From: a virus
Taxonomy: Duplodnaviria; Heunggongvirae; Uroviricota; Caudoviricetes
Strand: one strand, 5' to 3'
DNA: 48,686 nucleotides
IMG/VR virus record: IMGVR_UViG_643348546_000001
The stretch's first letter is position 1, and each line of letters begins with the position of its first letter. This document shows, piece after piece, positions 17,402 through 32,126 of the stretch. The notes beneath the pieces are model-generated. The model made no database searches and was not told the origin of the DNA. It was given only the letters and a program-made list of their open reading frames with translations. The position numbers and the translations under genes are program-made.

Positions 17402-17486
17402 AGTCAGAGATAACAATCAACTAATACTGTTTTATTGATTTTTGCTTGTAATTGGCGTTCTGGTCTGATTTTTGTGGAGTAAGTTG

Positions 17487-17870
17487 ATGCGTGATATTCA
17501 GATGGTTCTTGAGCGTTGGGGAGCGTGGGCGGCTAATAATCATGAAGATGTGACCTGGTCGTCCATTGCCGCCGGTTTTAAGGGATTAATTACTTCAAAA
17601 GTAAAATCTCGCCCGCAATGTTGTGACGATGACGCTATGATCATTTGCGGGTGCATGGCCCGTCTGAAAAAGAACAACAGCGATTTGCACGATTTATTAG
17701 TAGATTATTATGTAGTCGGTATGACATTCATGTCACTGGCAGGTAAGCATTGCTGCTCTGATGGTTATATCGGGAAAAGGTTACAGAAGGCTGAGGGCAT
17801 AATTGAAGGGATGTTAATGGCATTAGATATCCGGTTAGAGATGGATATCGTTGTTAATAACTCTAATTAA
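17487..17870 (+). CDS. Q: Late-gene antiterminator Q (phage 82 / QuuD type)
   Basis: Start at the ATG at 17487; [26 protein letters not shown]... matches remembered DLP12 QuuD; cysteine-rich zinc-binding region. Confidence 0.9.
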   Translation: MRDIQMVLERWGAWAANNHEDVTWSSIAAGFKGLITSKVKSRPQCCDDDAMIICGCMARLKKNNSDLHDLLVDYYVVGMTFMSLAGKHCCSDGYIGKRLQKAEGIIEGMLMALDIRLEMDIVVNNSN

Positions 17871-18059
17871 TATGCCAATTGTTTACTAAAAATTATTAAA
17901 AATGGGGCGTTGAGACGCCCCCAAAAATAAAGGGTAATATATAACAGAAGGTTTATATAGTTAGAAGCAAGGTTGTGCTTCTAAAGGAAGTGGCTTGAGG
18001 GAGCCACTTATATGTTGGGGAGGCAATGCCTCCCGCAACATATCTTTTTCGTAATCAGA
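17871..18059 (+). promoter_or_regulatory. Late promoter / qut / tR' region with several hairpins
   Basis: Directly downstream of Q: hairpin GGGGCGT-TGAG-ACGCCCC (17903-17920), AGAAGCA..TGCTTCT, AGTGGCT..AGCCACT, and GGGAGGCA-A-TGCCTCCC (about 18020-18036) followed by a T-rich run; the first hairpin has a T-run on the minus strand and may also terminate the convergent porin gene. Confidence 0.5.
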
Positions 18060-19157
18060 TTAGAACTGGTAAACCAGACCTACAGCAACGATGTCATCAG
18101 TGCTTACACCGAGTGCTTTAGTGAAGTCATTTTTGTCAAGCAGGTTGATTTTGTAATCAACGAAAGTAGACATATTTTTGTTGAAGTAATAGGTTGCACC
18201 TACATCAACATATTTGACTAAGTCCTGATCGCCCCATACTCCAAGATCCTTACCTTTAGATTGCAGGTAAGCAACGGACGGACGCAGACCGAAATCGAAC
18301 TGATATTGTGCAACAGCTTCGAAGTTTTGGGCTTTATTAGCAACGAAGTGATCAGCAAATACAGTCATATTCTGGGTTTCAGAATAGGTAGTGGCCAGGT
18401 AAATGTTGTTAGCGTCATATTTCAGACCTGCGGCCCAAACTTCTGCATTTTTACCGGAAGCAAATACTTCAGGAAGAACTTTCCCTGCATTAACTTGAGT
18501 GTCGGTACGATCAGATTTTGCATAAGTTGCACCGATACCGAATCCTTCGTATTCATAGGTAGCAGAGAAACCGAAGCCATCACCGTTACCTTCGGTGTAG
18601 TTATCGAAATCGCTACGATCGTTTTTGCCTTGGTACTGAGCAGCAAAGTTCAGACCATCAACCAGGCCAAAGAAGTCGTTGTTACGATAGGTTGCAACAC
18701 CAGTGGTGCGACCAGTCATGAACACATCTGTTTGGGTCCAGGTATCGCCACCGAATTCTGGCAGAACGTCAGTCCACGCACCGATGTCGTATGCTACACC
18801 GTAGTTACGGCCGTAATCGATTGAGCCGTAGTCACCGAATTTCAGGCCTGCAAATGCAAGACGGGTTTTGTCTTTGGAGGAACCTTGAGATTCAGCGCGG
18901 TTGCCTTTGAATTCATATTCCCACTGACCGAAACCAGTCAGTTGATCGTTGATTTGGGTTTCACCTTTGAAGCCAAGACGGGCATAAGTAGTATCACCAT
19001 CATCTGCATCATTAGAGGAGAAGTAGTGCTTAGCATTAACTTTCCCGTACAGATCCAGCTTGTTACTGTCTTTATTATAAATTTCAGCTGCCTGAGCAGA
19101 CATCGCCATCAGTACTGATGCAGCTACAGCAGAAATTGCCACTGTTAATTTTTTCAT
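18060..19157 (-). CDS. nmpC: Outer-membrane general porin (OmpC/PhoE family; nmpC / phage Lc type)
   Basis: 365-aa ORF with signal peptide ([23 protein letters not shown]), AEIYNKD start of the mature protein, C-terminal aromatic VGLVYQF; lies between Q and the lysis genes on the opposite strand with an AT-rich promoter region 19158-19700. Confidence 0.92.
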   Translation of the reverse strand: MKKLTVAISAVAASVLMAMSAQAAEIYNKDSNKLDLYGKVNAKHYFSSNDADDGDTTYARLGFKGETQINDQLTGFGQWEYEFKGNRAESQGSSKDKTRLAFAGLKFGDYGSIDYGRNYGVAYDIGAWTDVLPEFGGDTWTQTDVFMTGRTTGVATYRNNDFFGLVDGLNFAAQYQGKNDRSDFDNYTEGNGDGFGFSATYEYEGFGIGATYAKSDRTDTQVNAGKVLPEVFASGKNAEVWAAGLKYDANNIYLATTYSETQNMTVFADHFVANKAQNFEAVAQYQFDFGLRPSVAYLQSKGKDLGVWGDQDLVKYVDVGATYYFNKNMSTFVDYKINLLDKNDFTKALGVSTDDIVAVGLVYQF

Positions 19158-19745
19158 CGTGAGCCCTTTTTTTTGAACTATTATTAAAAAATGATGTCAC
19201 TGCGCGATAAATATTCATCTAATCAATGTGATTATTTCAAGATGTAAGTTTTAGTTTCTCATTTAATTTGTGAAGTAGATCTCTATTTTTATCTGAACTT
19301 TTTCTATCGAAACCTATTTATGGCTCTTATTTGAACAAAAATAAACCTATTAGCTAATTTATATTAATGGCTGTTATTTATGGGGGTTCTATAATTCGGC
19401 AGTTTAATTTAAATCAACTAAAAATAACGTCTGAAATTATTTATTGGTTATTTGTTGAGGTTTTCTTATGTATTTGTGGTGGAGTTTTGAACACTCGGTA
19501 GCATTCTCATAAATATCATTCAGTGGTTTACGTACGTAAAAAATTGGTTATGCTGTTAAGAGTGGTTACTTCGTCACACAGCTTAAACCCGCCGTCGAGC
19601 TGGTTTTTCCATTTTTTGAGTCTCGATATTAGCTGATAACTCAATACCTGAGTTATTCACTGACTCCGAGTCTGTTACGTTTCTGCTTTTTTGCGATACG
19701 TTGTATTCCCTCAATTTACACCCGCTTTGTCTGCGAGGTGGGGTT

Positions 19746-19961
19746 ATGAAATCCATGGATAAGTTAACAACGGGTGTCGCCTATGGCACCTCAGCAGGTA
19801 GTGCCGGTTACTGGTTTTTACAGCTGCTCGATAAAGTCACGCCCTCACAGTGGGCAGCAATAGGTGTGCTGGGTAGCCTGGTATTTGGCCTGCTGACGTA
19901 CCTGACAAACCTTTATTTCAAGATTAAAGAAGATAAGCGCAAGGCTGCGAGAGGTGAATAA
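19746..19961 (+). CDS. S: Holin, phage 21 S (pinholin) type
   Basis: Start at the ATG at 19746 (MKSMDK...); matches remembered S21/EssD ([13 protein letters not shown]...[10 protein letters not shown]...[18 protein letters not shown]). Confidence 0.9.
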
Positions 19962-20458
19962 TGCCTCCATCATTACGAAAAGCCGTTGCTGCTGCTATTG
20001 GTGGCGGAGCAATTGCTATAGCATCAGTGTTAATCACTGGCCCAAGTGGTAACGATGGTCTGGAAGGTGTCAGCTACATACCATACAAAGATATTGTTGG
20101 TGTATGGACTGTATGTCACGGGCATACAGGAAAAGACATCATGCTCGGTAAAACGTATACCAAAGCAGAATGCAAAGCCCTCCTGAATAAAGACCTTGCC
20201 ACGGTCGCCAGACAAATTAACCCGTACATAAAAGTTGATATACCGGAAACAACGCGCGGCGCTCTTTACTTGTTCGTTTACAACGTGGGCGCTGGCAATT
20301 TCAGAACATCGACGCTTCTTCGCAAAATAAACCAGGGCGATATCAAAGGCGCATGTGATCAGCTACGTCGCTGGACATATGCTGGCGGTAAGCAATGGAA
20401 AGGTCTCATGACTCGTCGTGAGATTGAGCGTGAAATCTGTTTGTGGGGTCAGCAATGA
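19961..20458 (+). CDS. R: SAR endolysin (phage 21 R-type lysozyme with N-terminal signal-anchor-release segment)
   Basis: 165-aa ORF; Gly/Ala-rich weakly hydrophobic N-terminus ([20 protein letters not shown]) then a lysozyme domain; adjacent to the holin. Confidence 0.9.
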   Translation: MPPSLRKAVAAAIGGGAIAIASVLITGPSGNDGLEGVSYIPYKDIVGVWTVCHGHTGKDIMLGKTYTKAECKALLNKDLATVARQINPYIKVDIPETTRGALYLFVYNVGAGNFRTSTLLRKINQGDIKGACDQLRRWTYAGGKQWKGLMTRREIEREICLWGQQ

Positions 20459-20916
20459 ACAGAGTAACCGCGATTATCTCCGCTCTGGTTATCTGCATCA
20501 TCGTTTGCCTGTCATGGGCTGTTAATCATTACCGTGATAACGCCATTACCTACAAAGCCCAGCGCGACAAAAATGCCAGAGAACTGAAGCTGGCGAACGC
20601 GGCAATTACTGACATGCAGATGCGTCAGCGTGATGTTGCTGCGCTCGATGCAAAATACACGAAGGAGTTAGCTGATGCGAAAGCTGAAAATGATGCTCTG
20701 CGTGATGATGTTGCCGCTGGTCGTCGTCGGTTGCACATCAAAGCAGTCTGTCAGTCAGTGCGTGAAGCCACCACCGCCTCCGGCGTGGATAATGCAGCCT
20801 CCCCCCGACTGGCAGACACCGCTGAACGGGATTATTTCACCCTCAGAGAGAGGCTGATCACTATGCAAAAACAACTGGAAGGAACCCAGAAGTATATTAA
20901 TGAGCAGTGCAGATAG
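20455..20916 (+). CDS. Rz: Spanin inner-membrane subunit Rz
   Basis: Start at the ATG at 20455 ([23 protein letters not shown]...); near-identical to lambda Rz. Confidence 0.92.
   Translation: MNRVTAIISALVICIIVCLSWAVNHYRDNAITYKAQRDKNARELKLANAAITDMQMRQRDVAALDAKYTKELADAKAENDALRDDVAAGRRRLHIKAVCQSVREATTASGVDNAASPRLADTAERDYFTLRERLITMQKQLEGTQKYINEQCR
20675..20857 (+). CDS. Rz1: Spanin outer-membrane lipoprotein subunit Rz1 (embedded in Rz in the +1 frame)
   Basis: 60-aa ORF wholly inside Rz; lipobox LVVVGC and proline-rich stretch [15 protein letters not shown]; matches lambda Rz1. Confidence 0.9.
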   Translation: MRKLKMMLCVMMLPLVVVGCTSKQSVSQCVKPPPPPAWIMQPPPDWQTPLNGIISPSERG

Positions 20917-20947
20917 AGCTGCCCATATCGATGGGCAACTCATGCAA

Positions 20948-21241
20948 TTATTGTGAGCAATACACACGCGCTTCCAGCGGAGTATAAATGCCTAAAGTAA
21001 TAAAACCGAGAAATCCATTTACGAATGTTTGCTGGGTTTCTGTTTTAACAACATTTTCTGCGCCGCCACAAATTTTGGCTGCATCAACAGTTTTCTCCTG
21101 TCCAATTCCCGAAACGAAGAAGTGATGGGTGATGGTTTCCTTTGGTGTTACTGCTGTCGGTTTGTTTCCAACAGTAAACGTCTGTTGAGCACATCCTGTA
21201 ATAAGCATTGCCAGAGCGGCAGAAAACAACATTTTTTTCAT
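20948..21241 (-). CDS. bor: Bor lipoprotein (serum-resistance, Iss family)
   Basis: Start at MKKMLF (21241); lipobox LITGC; near-identical to lambda Bor. Confidence 0.93.
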   Translation of the reverse strand: MKKMLFSAALAMLITGCAQQTFTVGNKPTAVTPKETITHHFFVSGIGQEKTVDAAKICGGAENVVKTETQQTFVNGFLGFITLGIYTPLEARVYCSQ

Positions 21242-21603
21242 CTTATTATCCTGCATTGTTAAAAACGGCAGAATCCTATGTGACAACAATTAAACGATAG
21301 TTAAATGGATTGATGAAAATTAAAACTATATAGGTGTACGCTCAGACTATTGGAGGAAGTTGGGGACACTCAGAATCCTGTGGAATGAAATAAACCGGTC
21401 TATCCGTCTATTACCCTTTTAGCTGCGCTGTATCGTCGCCGTATTCCCGCATTAACCATGACCGTAGCCCGACGGGGAATTCCTTCTGCGTGAGTGTGCG
21501 GGAATAATCAAAAACGATGCACACCGGGTTTTACTGTGCTGACAGACGCAGGGTTACCCTCATAGTCGCTTTTCCGGTGCGATGGTGGAAGAAACCGGGA
21601 TGT

Positions 21604-21798
21604 TCATCCATCATCACTTTGGATTGATGTATATGCTCTCTTTTCTGACGTTAGTCTCCGACGGCAGGCTTCAATGACCCAGGCTGAGAAATTCCCAGAC
21701 CCTTTTTGCTCAAGAGCGATGTTAATTTGTTCAATCATTTGGTTAGGAAAGCGGATGTTGCGGGTTGTTGTTCTGCGGGTTCTGTTCTTCGTTGACAT
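21604..21798 (-). CDS. YlcI-like small protein (DUF3950 family)
   Basis: 64-aa ORF MSTKNRTRRTTTRNIRFPNQMIEQINIALEQKGSGNFSAWVIEACRRRL...; a homologue sits in the lambda/DLP12 right-end region. Confidence 0.65.
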   Translation of the reverse strand: MSTKNRTRRTTTRNIRFPNQMIEQINIALEQKGSGNFSAWVIEACRRRLTSEKRAYTSIQSDDG

Positions 21799-21997
21799 GA
21801 GGTTGCCCCGTATTCAGTGTCGCTGATTTGTATTGTCTGAAGTTGTTTTTACGTTAAGTTGATGCAGATCAATTAATACGATACCTGCGTCATAATTGAT
21901 TATTTGACGTGGTTTGATGGCGTAGATGCACGTTGTGACATGTAGATGATAATTATTATCATTTTTCGGGTCCTTTCCGGCGATCCGACAGGTTACG

Positions 21998-22009
21998 GGG
22001 CGGCGACCT
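21998..22009 (+). other. cosN cohesive-end site (GGGCGGCGACCT) with lambda-like cosB between it and nu1
   Basis: The 12-nt lambda left cohesive end sequence is present at 21998-22009 and the following about 180 bp match the remembered lambda left end up to the Nu1 start. Confidence 0.9.
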
Positions 22010-22186
22010 CGCGGGTTTTCGCTATTTATGAAAATTTTCCGGTTTAAGGCGTTTCCGTTCTTCTTCGTCGTAACTTAATGTTTTTATTTAAAATACCCTC
22101 TGAAAAGAAAGGAAGCGACAGGTGCTGAAAGCGAGCTTTTTGGCCTCTGTCGTTTCCTTTCTCTGTTTTTGTCCGTGGAATGAACA

Positions 22187-22706
22187 ATGGAAGTCAACAA
22201 AAAGCAGCTGGCTGACATTTTCGGTGCGAGTATCCGTACCATTCAGAACTGGCAGGAACAGGGAATGCCCGTTCTGCGAGGCGGTGGCAAGGGTAATGAG
22301 GTGCTTTATGACTCTGCCGCCGTCATAAAATGGTATGCCGAAAGGGATGCTGAAATTGAGAACGAAAAGCTGCGCCGGGAAGTTGAAGAACTGCGGCAGG
22401 CCAGCGAGACAGATCTCCAGCCAGGGACTATTGAGTACGAACGCCATCGACTTACGCGTGCGCAGGCCGACGCACAGGAGCTGAAAAATGCCAGAGACTC
22501 CGCTGAAGTGGTGGAAACCGCATTCTGTACTTTCGTGCTGTCGCGGATCGCAGGTGAAATTGCCAGTATTCTCGACGGGATCCCCCTGTCGGTGCAGCGG
22601 CGTTTTCCGGAACTGGAAAACCGACATGTTGATTTCCTGAAACGGGATATCATCAAAGCCATGAACAAAGCAGCCGCGCTGGATGAACTGATACCGGGGT
22701 TGCTGA

Positions 22707-22732
<26 letters not shown>
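22187..22732 (+). CDS. nu1: Terminase small subunit Nu1
   Basis: 181-aa ORF near-identical to lambda Nu1 (MEVNKKQLADIFGASIRTIQNWQEQGMPV...). Confidence 0.97.
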
Positions 22733-26413
<3,681 letters not shown>

Positions 26414-26433
<20 letters not shown>

Positions 26434-27733
26434 TCTCCCGCATATTGCCAGCATGGCTTTTAATGAGCCGCTGATGCTTGAACCCGCCTATGCGCGGGTT
26501 TTCTTTTGTGCGCTTGCAGGCCAGCTTGGGATCAGCCGCCTGACGGATGCGGTGTCCGGCGACAGCCTGACTGCCCAGGAGGCACTCGCGACGCTGGCAT
26601 TATCCGGTGATGATGACGGACCACGACAGGCCCGCAGTTATCAGGTCATGAACGGCATCGCCGTGCTGCCGGTGTCCGGCACGCTGGTCAGCCGGACGCG
26701 GGCGCTGCAGCCGTACTCGGGGATGACCGGTTACAACGGCATTATCGCCCGTCTGCAACAGGCTGCCAGCGATCCGATGGTGGACGGCATTCTGCTCGAT
26801 ATGGACACGCCCGGCGGGATGGTGGCGGGGGCATTTGACTGCGCTGACATCATCGCCCGTGTGCGTGACATAAAGCCGGTATGGGCGCTGGCCAATGACA
26901 TGAACTGCAGCGCAGGTCAGCTGCTTGCCAGTGCCGCCTCCCGGCGTCTGGTCACGCAGACCGCCCGGACAGGCTCCATCGGCGTCATGATGGCTCACAG
27001 TAATTACGGCGCTGCACTGGAGAAACAGGGCGTGGAAATCACGCTGATTTACAGCGGCAGCCATAAGGTGGATGGCAACCCCTACAGCCATCTACCGGAT
27101 GATGTCCGGGAAACATTGCAGTCCCGGATGGATGCAACCCGCCGGATGTTTGCACAGAAGGTGTCGGCATATACCGGCCTGTCCGTGCAGGCTGTGCTGG
27201 ATACCGAGGCTGCAGTGTACAGCGGTCAGGAGGCCATTGATGCCGGACTGGCTGATGAACTTGTCAACAGCACCGATGCGATCACCGTTATGCGTGATGC
27301 ACTGGATGCACGTAAATCCCGTCTCTCAGGAGGGCGAATGACCAAAGAGACTCAATCAACAACTGTTTCAGCCACTGCTTCGCAGGCTGACGTTACTGAC
27401 GTGGTGCCAGCGACGGAGGGCGAAAACGCCAGCGCGGCGCAGCCGGACGTGAACGCGCAGATCACCGCTGCGGTTGCGGCAGAAAACAGCCGCATTATGG
27501 GGATCCTCAACTGTGAGGAGGCTCACGGACGCGAAGAACAGGCCCGCGTGCTGGCAGAAACCCCCGGTATGACCGTGGAAACGGCCCGCCGCATTCTGGC
27601 AGCTGCACCACAGAGTGCACAGGCGCGCAGTGACACTGCGCTGGATCGTCTGATGCAGGGGGCACCGGCACCGCTGGCTGCAGGTAACCCGGCATCTGAT
27701 GCCGTTAACGATTTGCTGAACACACCAGTGTAA
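26414..27733 (+). CDS. C: Head maturation protease / scaffold C (ClpP/SppA-like serine protease)
   Basis: GTG start at 26414 after GGAGGAG, overlapping the end of B by 20 nt as in lambda; translation from VTAELRNLPHIASMAF matches lambda gpC. Confidence 0.93.
27128..27733 (+). CDS. nu3: Scaffolding protein Nu3 (in-frame internal start within C)
   Basis: In-frame ATG at 27128 at the position corresponding to lambda nu3; same stop as C. Confidence 0.75.
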   Translation: MDATRRMFAQKVSAYTGLSVQAVLDTEAAVYSGQEAIDAGLADELVNSTDAITVMRDALDARKSRLSGGRMTKETQSTTVSATASQADVTDVVPATEGENASAAQPDVNAQITAAVAAENSRIMGILNCEEAHGREEQARVLAETPGMTVETARRILAAAPQSAQARSDTALDRLMQGAPAPLAAGNPASDAVNDLLNTPV

Positions 27734-27742
27734 GGGATGTTT

Positions 27743-28075
27743 ATGACGAGCAAAGAAACCTTTACCCATTACCAGCCGCTGGGCAACAGTGACCCGGCTC
27801 ATACCGCAACCGCGCCCGGCGGATTGAGTGCGAAAGCGCCTGCAATGACCCCGCTGATGCTGGACACCTCCACCCGTAAGCTGGTTGCGTGGGATGGCAC
27901 CACCGACGGTACTGCCGTTGGCATTCTGGCGGTTGATGCTGACCAGACCAGCACCACGCTGACGTTCTACAAGTCCGGCACGTTCCGTTATGAGGATGTG
28001 CTCTGGCCGGAGGCTGCCAGCGACGAGACGAAAAAACGGACCGCGTTTGCCGGAACGGCAATCAGCATCGTTTAA
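27743..28075 (+). CDS. D: Head decoration protein D
   Basis: Start at MTSKETF (27743); matches lambda gpD. Confidence 0.95.
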   Translation: MTSKETFTHYQPLGNSDPAHTATAPGGLSAKAPAMTPLMLDTSTRKLVAWDGTTDGTAVGILAVDADQTSTTLTFYKSGTFRYEDVLWPEAASDETKKRTAFAGTAISIV

Positions 28076-28130
28076 CTTTACCCTTCATCACTAAAGGCCG
28101 CCTGTGCGGCTTTTTTTACGGGATTTTTTT

Positions 28131-29156
28131 ATGTCGATGTACACAACCGCCCAGCTGCTGGCGGCAAATGAGCAGAAATTTAAGTTTGATCCGCTGTTTC
28201 TGCGTCTCTTTTTCCGTGAGAGCTATCCCTTCACCACGGAGAAAGTCTATCTCTCACAAATTCCGGGACTGGTAAACATGGCGCTGTACGTTTCGCCGAT
28301 TGTTTCCGGTGAGGTTATCCGTTCCCGTGGCGGCTCCACCTCTGAATTTACGCCGGGATATGTCAAACCCAAGCATGAGGTGAATCCGCAGATGACCCTG
28401 CGTCGCCTGCCGGATGAAGATCCGCAGAATCTGGCGGACCCGGCTTACCGCCGCCGTCGCATCATCATGCAGAACATGCGAGACGAAGAGCTGGCCATTG
28501 CTCAGGTCGAAGAGATGCAGGCAGTTTCTGCTGTGCTTAAGGGCAAATACACCATGACCGGTGAAGCCTTCGATCCGGTTGAGGTGGATATGGGCCGCAG
28601 TGCGGCGAACAACATCACACAGTCCGGTGGTACGGAGTGGAGCAAGCGTGACAAGTCCACGTATGACCCGACCGACGATATCGAAGCCTATGCGCTGAAC
28701 GCCAGCGGCGTGGTGAATATCATCGTGTTTGATCCGAAAGGCTGGGCGCTGTTCCGTTCCTTCAAAGCCGTCAAGGAGAAGCTGGATACCCGTCGCGGCT
28801 CTAATTCCGAGCTGGAGACAGCGGTAAAAGACCTGGGCGAAGCGGTGTCCTATAAGGGGATGTATGGCGATACGGCGATCGTCGTGTATTCCGGACAGTA
28901 CGTGGAAAACGACGTCAAAAAGAACTTCCTGCCGGACAACACGATGGTGCTGGGGAACACTCAGGCACGCGGTCTGCGCACCTATGGCTGCATTCAGGAT
29001 GCGGACGCACAGCGCGAAGGTATTAACGCCTCTGCCCGCTACCCGAAAAACTGGGTGACCACCGGCGATCCGGCGCGTGAGTTCACCATGATTCAGTCAG
29101 CACCGCTGATGCTGCTGGCTGATCCTGATGCGTTCGTGTCCGTACAACTGGCGTAA
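28131..29156 (+). CDS. E: Major capsid protein E
   Basis: Start at MSMYTTAQLL (28131); matches lambda gpE. Confidence 0.97.
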   Translation: MSMYTTAQLLAANEQKFKFDPLFLRLFFRESYPFTTEKVYLSQIPGLVNMALYVSPIVSGEVIRSRGGSTSEFTPGYVKPKHEVNPQMTLRRLPDEDPQNLADPAYRRRRIIMQNMRDEELAIAQVEEMQAVSAVLKGKYTMTGEAFDPVEVDMGRSAANNITQSGGTEWSKRDKSTYDPTDDIEAYALNASGVVNIIVFDPKGWALFRSFKAVKEKLDTRRGSNSELETAVKDLGEAVSYKGMYGDTAIVVYSGQYVENDVKKNFLPDNTMVLGNTQARGLRTYGCIQDADAQREGINASARYPKNWVTTGDPAREFTMIQSAPLMLLADPDAFVSVQLA

Positions 29157-29197
29157 TCATGGCCCTTCGGGGCCATTTTCTCTCTGTGGAGGAGTCC

Positions 29198-29593
29198 ATG
29201 ACGAAAGATGAACTGATTGCCCGTCTTCAGGTGCTGGGTGAGCAACTGAACCGTGATGTCAGCCTGACGGGGACGAAAGAAGAACTGGCGCTCCGTGTGG
29301 CAGAGCTGGAAGAGGAGCTTGATGACACGGATGACGCAGCCGGTCAGGACACGTCTGTCAGCCCGGAAAATGCGCTGACCGGACATGAAAATGAGGTGGT
29401 ATCAGCACAGACGGATACCGTGACTGATACGGCTGCTCTGGTCACGGTTGTGGCACTGGTGACGCTGCATACTGATGCACTTCACGCCACGCGGGATGAG
29501 GCTGTGGCATTTGTGCTGCCGGGAACGGCGTTCCGTGTCTCTGCCGGTGTGGCAGCCGAAATGACAGCGCGCGGCCTGGCCAGAATGCAATAA
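29198..29593 (+). CDS. FI: DNA-packaging / head assembly protein FI
   Basis: Start at MTKDELIARL (29198); matches lambda FI. Confidence 0.92.
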   Translation: MTKDELIARLQVLGEQLNRDVSLTGTKEELALRVAELEEELDDTDDAAGQDTSVSPENALTGHENEVVSAQTDTVTDTAALVTVVALVTLHTDALHATRDEAVAFVLPGTAFRVSAGVAAEMTARGLARMQ

Positions 29594-29604
29594 CGGGAGG
29601 CTCT

Positions 29605-29958
29605 GTGGCTGATTTCGATAACCTGTTCGATGCTGCCATTGCCTGCGCCGATGAAACGATACGCGGGTACATGGGAACGTCAGCCACCATGACATCCGGT
29701 GAGCTGTCCGGCGCAGTAATACGTGGTGTTTTTGATGACCCTGAAAATATCAGCTATGCCGGACAGGGCGTGCGCGTTGAAGGCTCCAGCCCGTCCCTGT
29801 TTGTCCGGACTGATGATGTGCGGCAACTGCGGCGTGGAGACACGCTGACCATCGGTGAGGAAAACTTCTGGATAGACCGGGTTTCGCCGGATGATGGTGG
29901 AAGCTGTCATCTCTGGCTTGGGCGGGGCGTACCGCCTGCCGTTAACCGTCGCCGCTGA
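29605..29958 (+). CDS. FII: Head-tail connector protein FII
   Basis: 117-aa ORF (non-ATG start) matching lambda FII. Confidence 0.93.
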   Translation: MADFDNLFDAAIACADETIRGYMGTSATMTSGELSGAVIRGVFDDPENISYAGQGVRVEGSSPSLFVRTDDVRQLRRGDTLTIGEENFWIDRVSPDDGGSCHLWLGRGVPPAVNRRR

Positions 29959-29969
29959 AAGGGGGGTGT

Positions 29970-30548
29970 ATGGCCATAAAAGGTCTTGAGCAGGCCGTTG
30001 AAAACCTCAGCCGTATCAGCAAAACGGCGGTGCCTGGTGCCGCCGCAATGGCCATTAACCGCGTTGCGTCATCCGCGATATCGCAGTCGGTGGCACAGGT
30101 TGCCCGTGAGACAAAGGTACGCCGGAAACTGGTAAAGGAAAGGGCCAGGCTGAAAAGGGCCACGGTCAAAAATCCGCAGGCCAGAATCAGGGTTAACCGG
30201 GGGGATTTGCCCGTAATCAAGCTGGGTAACGCGCGGGTTGTCCTTTCCCGCCGCAGACGTCGTAAAAAGGGGCAGCGTTCATCCCTGAAAGGTGGCGGCA
30301 GCGTGCTTGTGGTGGGAAACCGTCGTATTCCCGGCGCGTTTATTCAGCAACTGAAAAATGGCCGGTGGCATGTCATGCAGCGTGTGGCCGGGAAAAACCG
30401 TTACCCCATTGATGTGGTGAAAATCCCGATGGCGGTGCCGCTTACCACGGCGTTTAAACAGAATATTGAACGGATACGGCGTGAACGTCTTCCGAAAGAG
30501 CTGGGCTATGCGCTGCAGCATCAACTGAGAATGGTAATAAAGCGATGA
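29970..30548 (+). CDS. Z: Tail completion protein Z
   Basis: 192-aa ORF matching lambda gpZ. Confidence 0.95.
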   Translation: MAIKGLEQAVENLSRISKTAVPGAAAMAINRVASSAISQSVAQVARETKVRRKLVKERARLKRATVKNPQARIRVNRGDLPVIKLGNARVVLSRRRRRKKGQRSSLKGGGSVLVVGNRRIPGAFIQQLKNGRWHVMQRVAGKNRYPIDVVKIPMAVPLTTAFKQNIERIRRERLPKELGYALQHQLRMVIKR

Positions 30549-30940
30549 AACATACTGAACTCCGTGCAGCCGTACTGGATGCACTGGAGAAGCATGACAC
30601 CGGGGCGACGCTTTTTGATGGTCGCCCCGCTGTTTTTGATGAGGCGGATTTTCCGGCAATTGCCGTTTATCTCACCGGCGCTGAATACACGGGCGAAGAG
30701 CTGGACAGCGATACCTGGCAGGCGGAGCTGCATATTGAAGTTTTCCTGCCTGCTCAGGTGCCGGATTCAGAGCTGGATTCGTGGATGGAGTCCCGGATTT
30801 ATCCGGTGATGAGCGATATCCCGGCACTGTCAGATTTGATCACCAGTATGGTGGCCAGCGGCTATGACTACCGGCGCGACGATGATGCGGGCCTGTGGAG
30901 TTCAGCCGATCTGACTTATGTCATTACCTATGAAATGTGA
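30545..30940 (+). CDS. U: Tail terminator protein U
   Basis: 131-aa ORF matching lambda gpU. Confidence 0.95.
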   Translation: MKHTELRAAVLDALEKHDTGATLFDGRPAVFDEADFPAIAVYLTGAEYTGEELDSDTWQAELHIEVFLPAQVPDSELDSWMESRIYPVMSDIPALSDLITSMVASGYDYRRDDDAGLWSSADLTYVITYEM

Positions 30941-30947
30941 GGACGCT

Positions 30948-31688
30948 ATGCCTGTACCAAATCCTACAATGCCGGTGAAAGGTGCCGGGACCACCCTGTG
31001 GGTTTATAAGGGGAGCGGTGACCCTTATGCGAATCCGCTTTCAGACGTTGACTGGTCGCGTCTGGCAAAAGTTAAAGACCTGACGCCCGGCGAACTGACC
31101 GCTGAGTCCTATGACGACAGCTATCTCGATGATGAAGATGCAGACTGGACTGCGACCGGGCAGGGGCAGAAATCTGCCGGAGATACCAGCTTCACGCTGG
31201 CGTGGATGCCCGGAGAGCAGGGGCAGCAGGCGCTGCTGGCGTGGTTTAATGAAGGGGATACCCGAGCCTATAAAATCCGCTTCCCGAATGGCACGGTCGA
31301 TGTGTTCCGCGGCTGGGTCAGCAGTATCGGTAAGGCGGTGACGGCGAAGGAAGTGATCACCCGCACGGTGAAGGTCACCAATGTGGGCCGTCCGTCGATG
31401 GCAGAAGATCACAGCACGGTCACAGCGGCAACCGGCATGACCGTGACGCCTGCCAGCACCTCGGTGGTGAAAGGGCAGAGCACCACGCTGACCGTGGCAT
31501 TCCAGCCGGAAGGCGCAACCGACAAGAGCTTCCGTGCGGTGTCAGCGGATAAAACAAAAGCCACCGTGTCGGTCAGTGGTATGACCATCACCGTGAAAGG
31601 TGTTGCTGCAGGCAAGGTCAACATTCCGGTCGTATCCGGTAATGGTGAACTTGCTGCGGTTGCAGAAATCAACGTCACCGCCAGTTAA
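30948..31688 (+). CDS. V: Major tail tube protein V (with C-terminal Ig-like domain)
   Basis: Start at [14 protein letters not shown] (30948); matches lambda gpV. Confidence 0.96.
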   Translation: MPVPNPTMPVKGAGTTLWVYKGSGDPYANPLSDVDWSRLAKVKDLTPGELTAESYDDSYLDDEDADWTATGQGQKSAGDTSFTLAWMPGEQGQQALLAWFNEGDTRAYKIRFPNGTVDVFRGWVSSIGKAVTAKEVITRTVKVTNVGRPSMAEDHSTVTAATGMTVTPASTSVVKGQSTTLTVAFQPEGATDKSFRAVSADKTKATVSVSGMTITVKGVAAGKVNIPVVSGNGELAAVAEINVTAS

Positions 31689-31703
31689 TCCGGAGAGTCA
31701 GCG

Positions 31704-32126
31704 ATGTTCCTGAAAACCGAATCATTTGAACATAACGGTGTGACCGTCACGCTTTCTGAACTGTCAGCCCTGCAGCGTATTGAGCATCTCGCCCTGATGA
31801 AACGGCAGGCAGAACAGGCGGAGTCAGACAGCAACCGGAAGTTTACTGTGGAAGACGCCATCAGAACCGGTGCTTGTGTGGTGGCGATGTCCCTGTGGCA
31901 TAACCATCCGCAGAAGACAAAGCTGCCTTCCATGAATGAAGCCGTTAAACAGATTGAGCAGGAAGTGCTTACCACCTGGCCTACAGAGGCAATTTCTCAT
32001 GCTGAAAACGTGGTGTACCGGCTGTCCGGTATGTATGAGTTTGTGGTGAATGATGCCCCTGAACAGGCAGAGGATGCCGGGCCTGCAGAGCCTGTTTCTG
32101 CGGGAAAGTGTTCGACGGTGAGCTGA
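31704..32126 (+). CDS. G: Tail assembly chaperone G
   Basis: 140-aa ORF matching lambda gpG. Confidence 0.95.
   Translation: MFLKTESFEHNGVTVTLSELSALQRIEHLALMKRQAEQAESDSNRKFTVEDAIRTGACVVAMSLWHNHPQKTKLPSMNEAVKQIEQEVLTTWPTEAISHAENVVYRLSGMYEFVVNDAPEQAEDAGPAEPVSAGKCSTVS

Noticed and set aside
18261-18824. 187-aa plus-strand ORF
   Set aside because: Entirely antisense to the porin gene, whose translation has a signal peptide and porin-like features.
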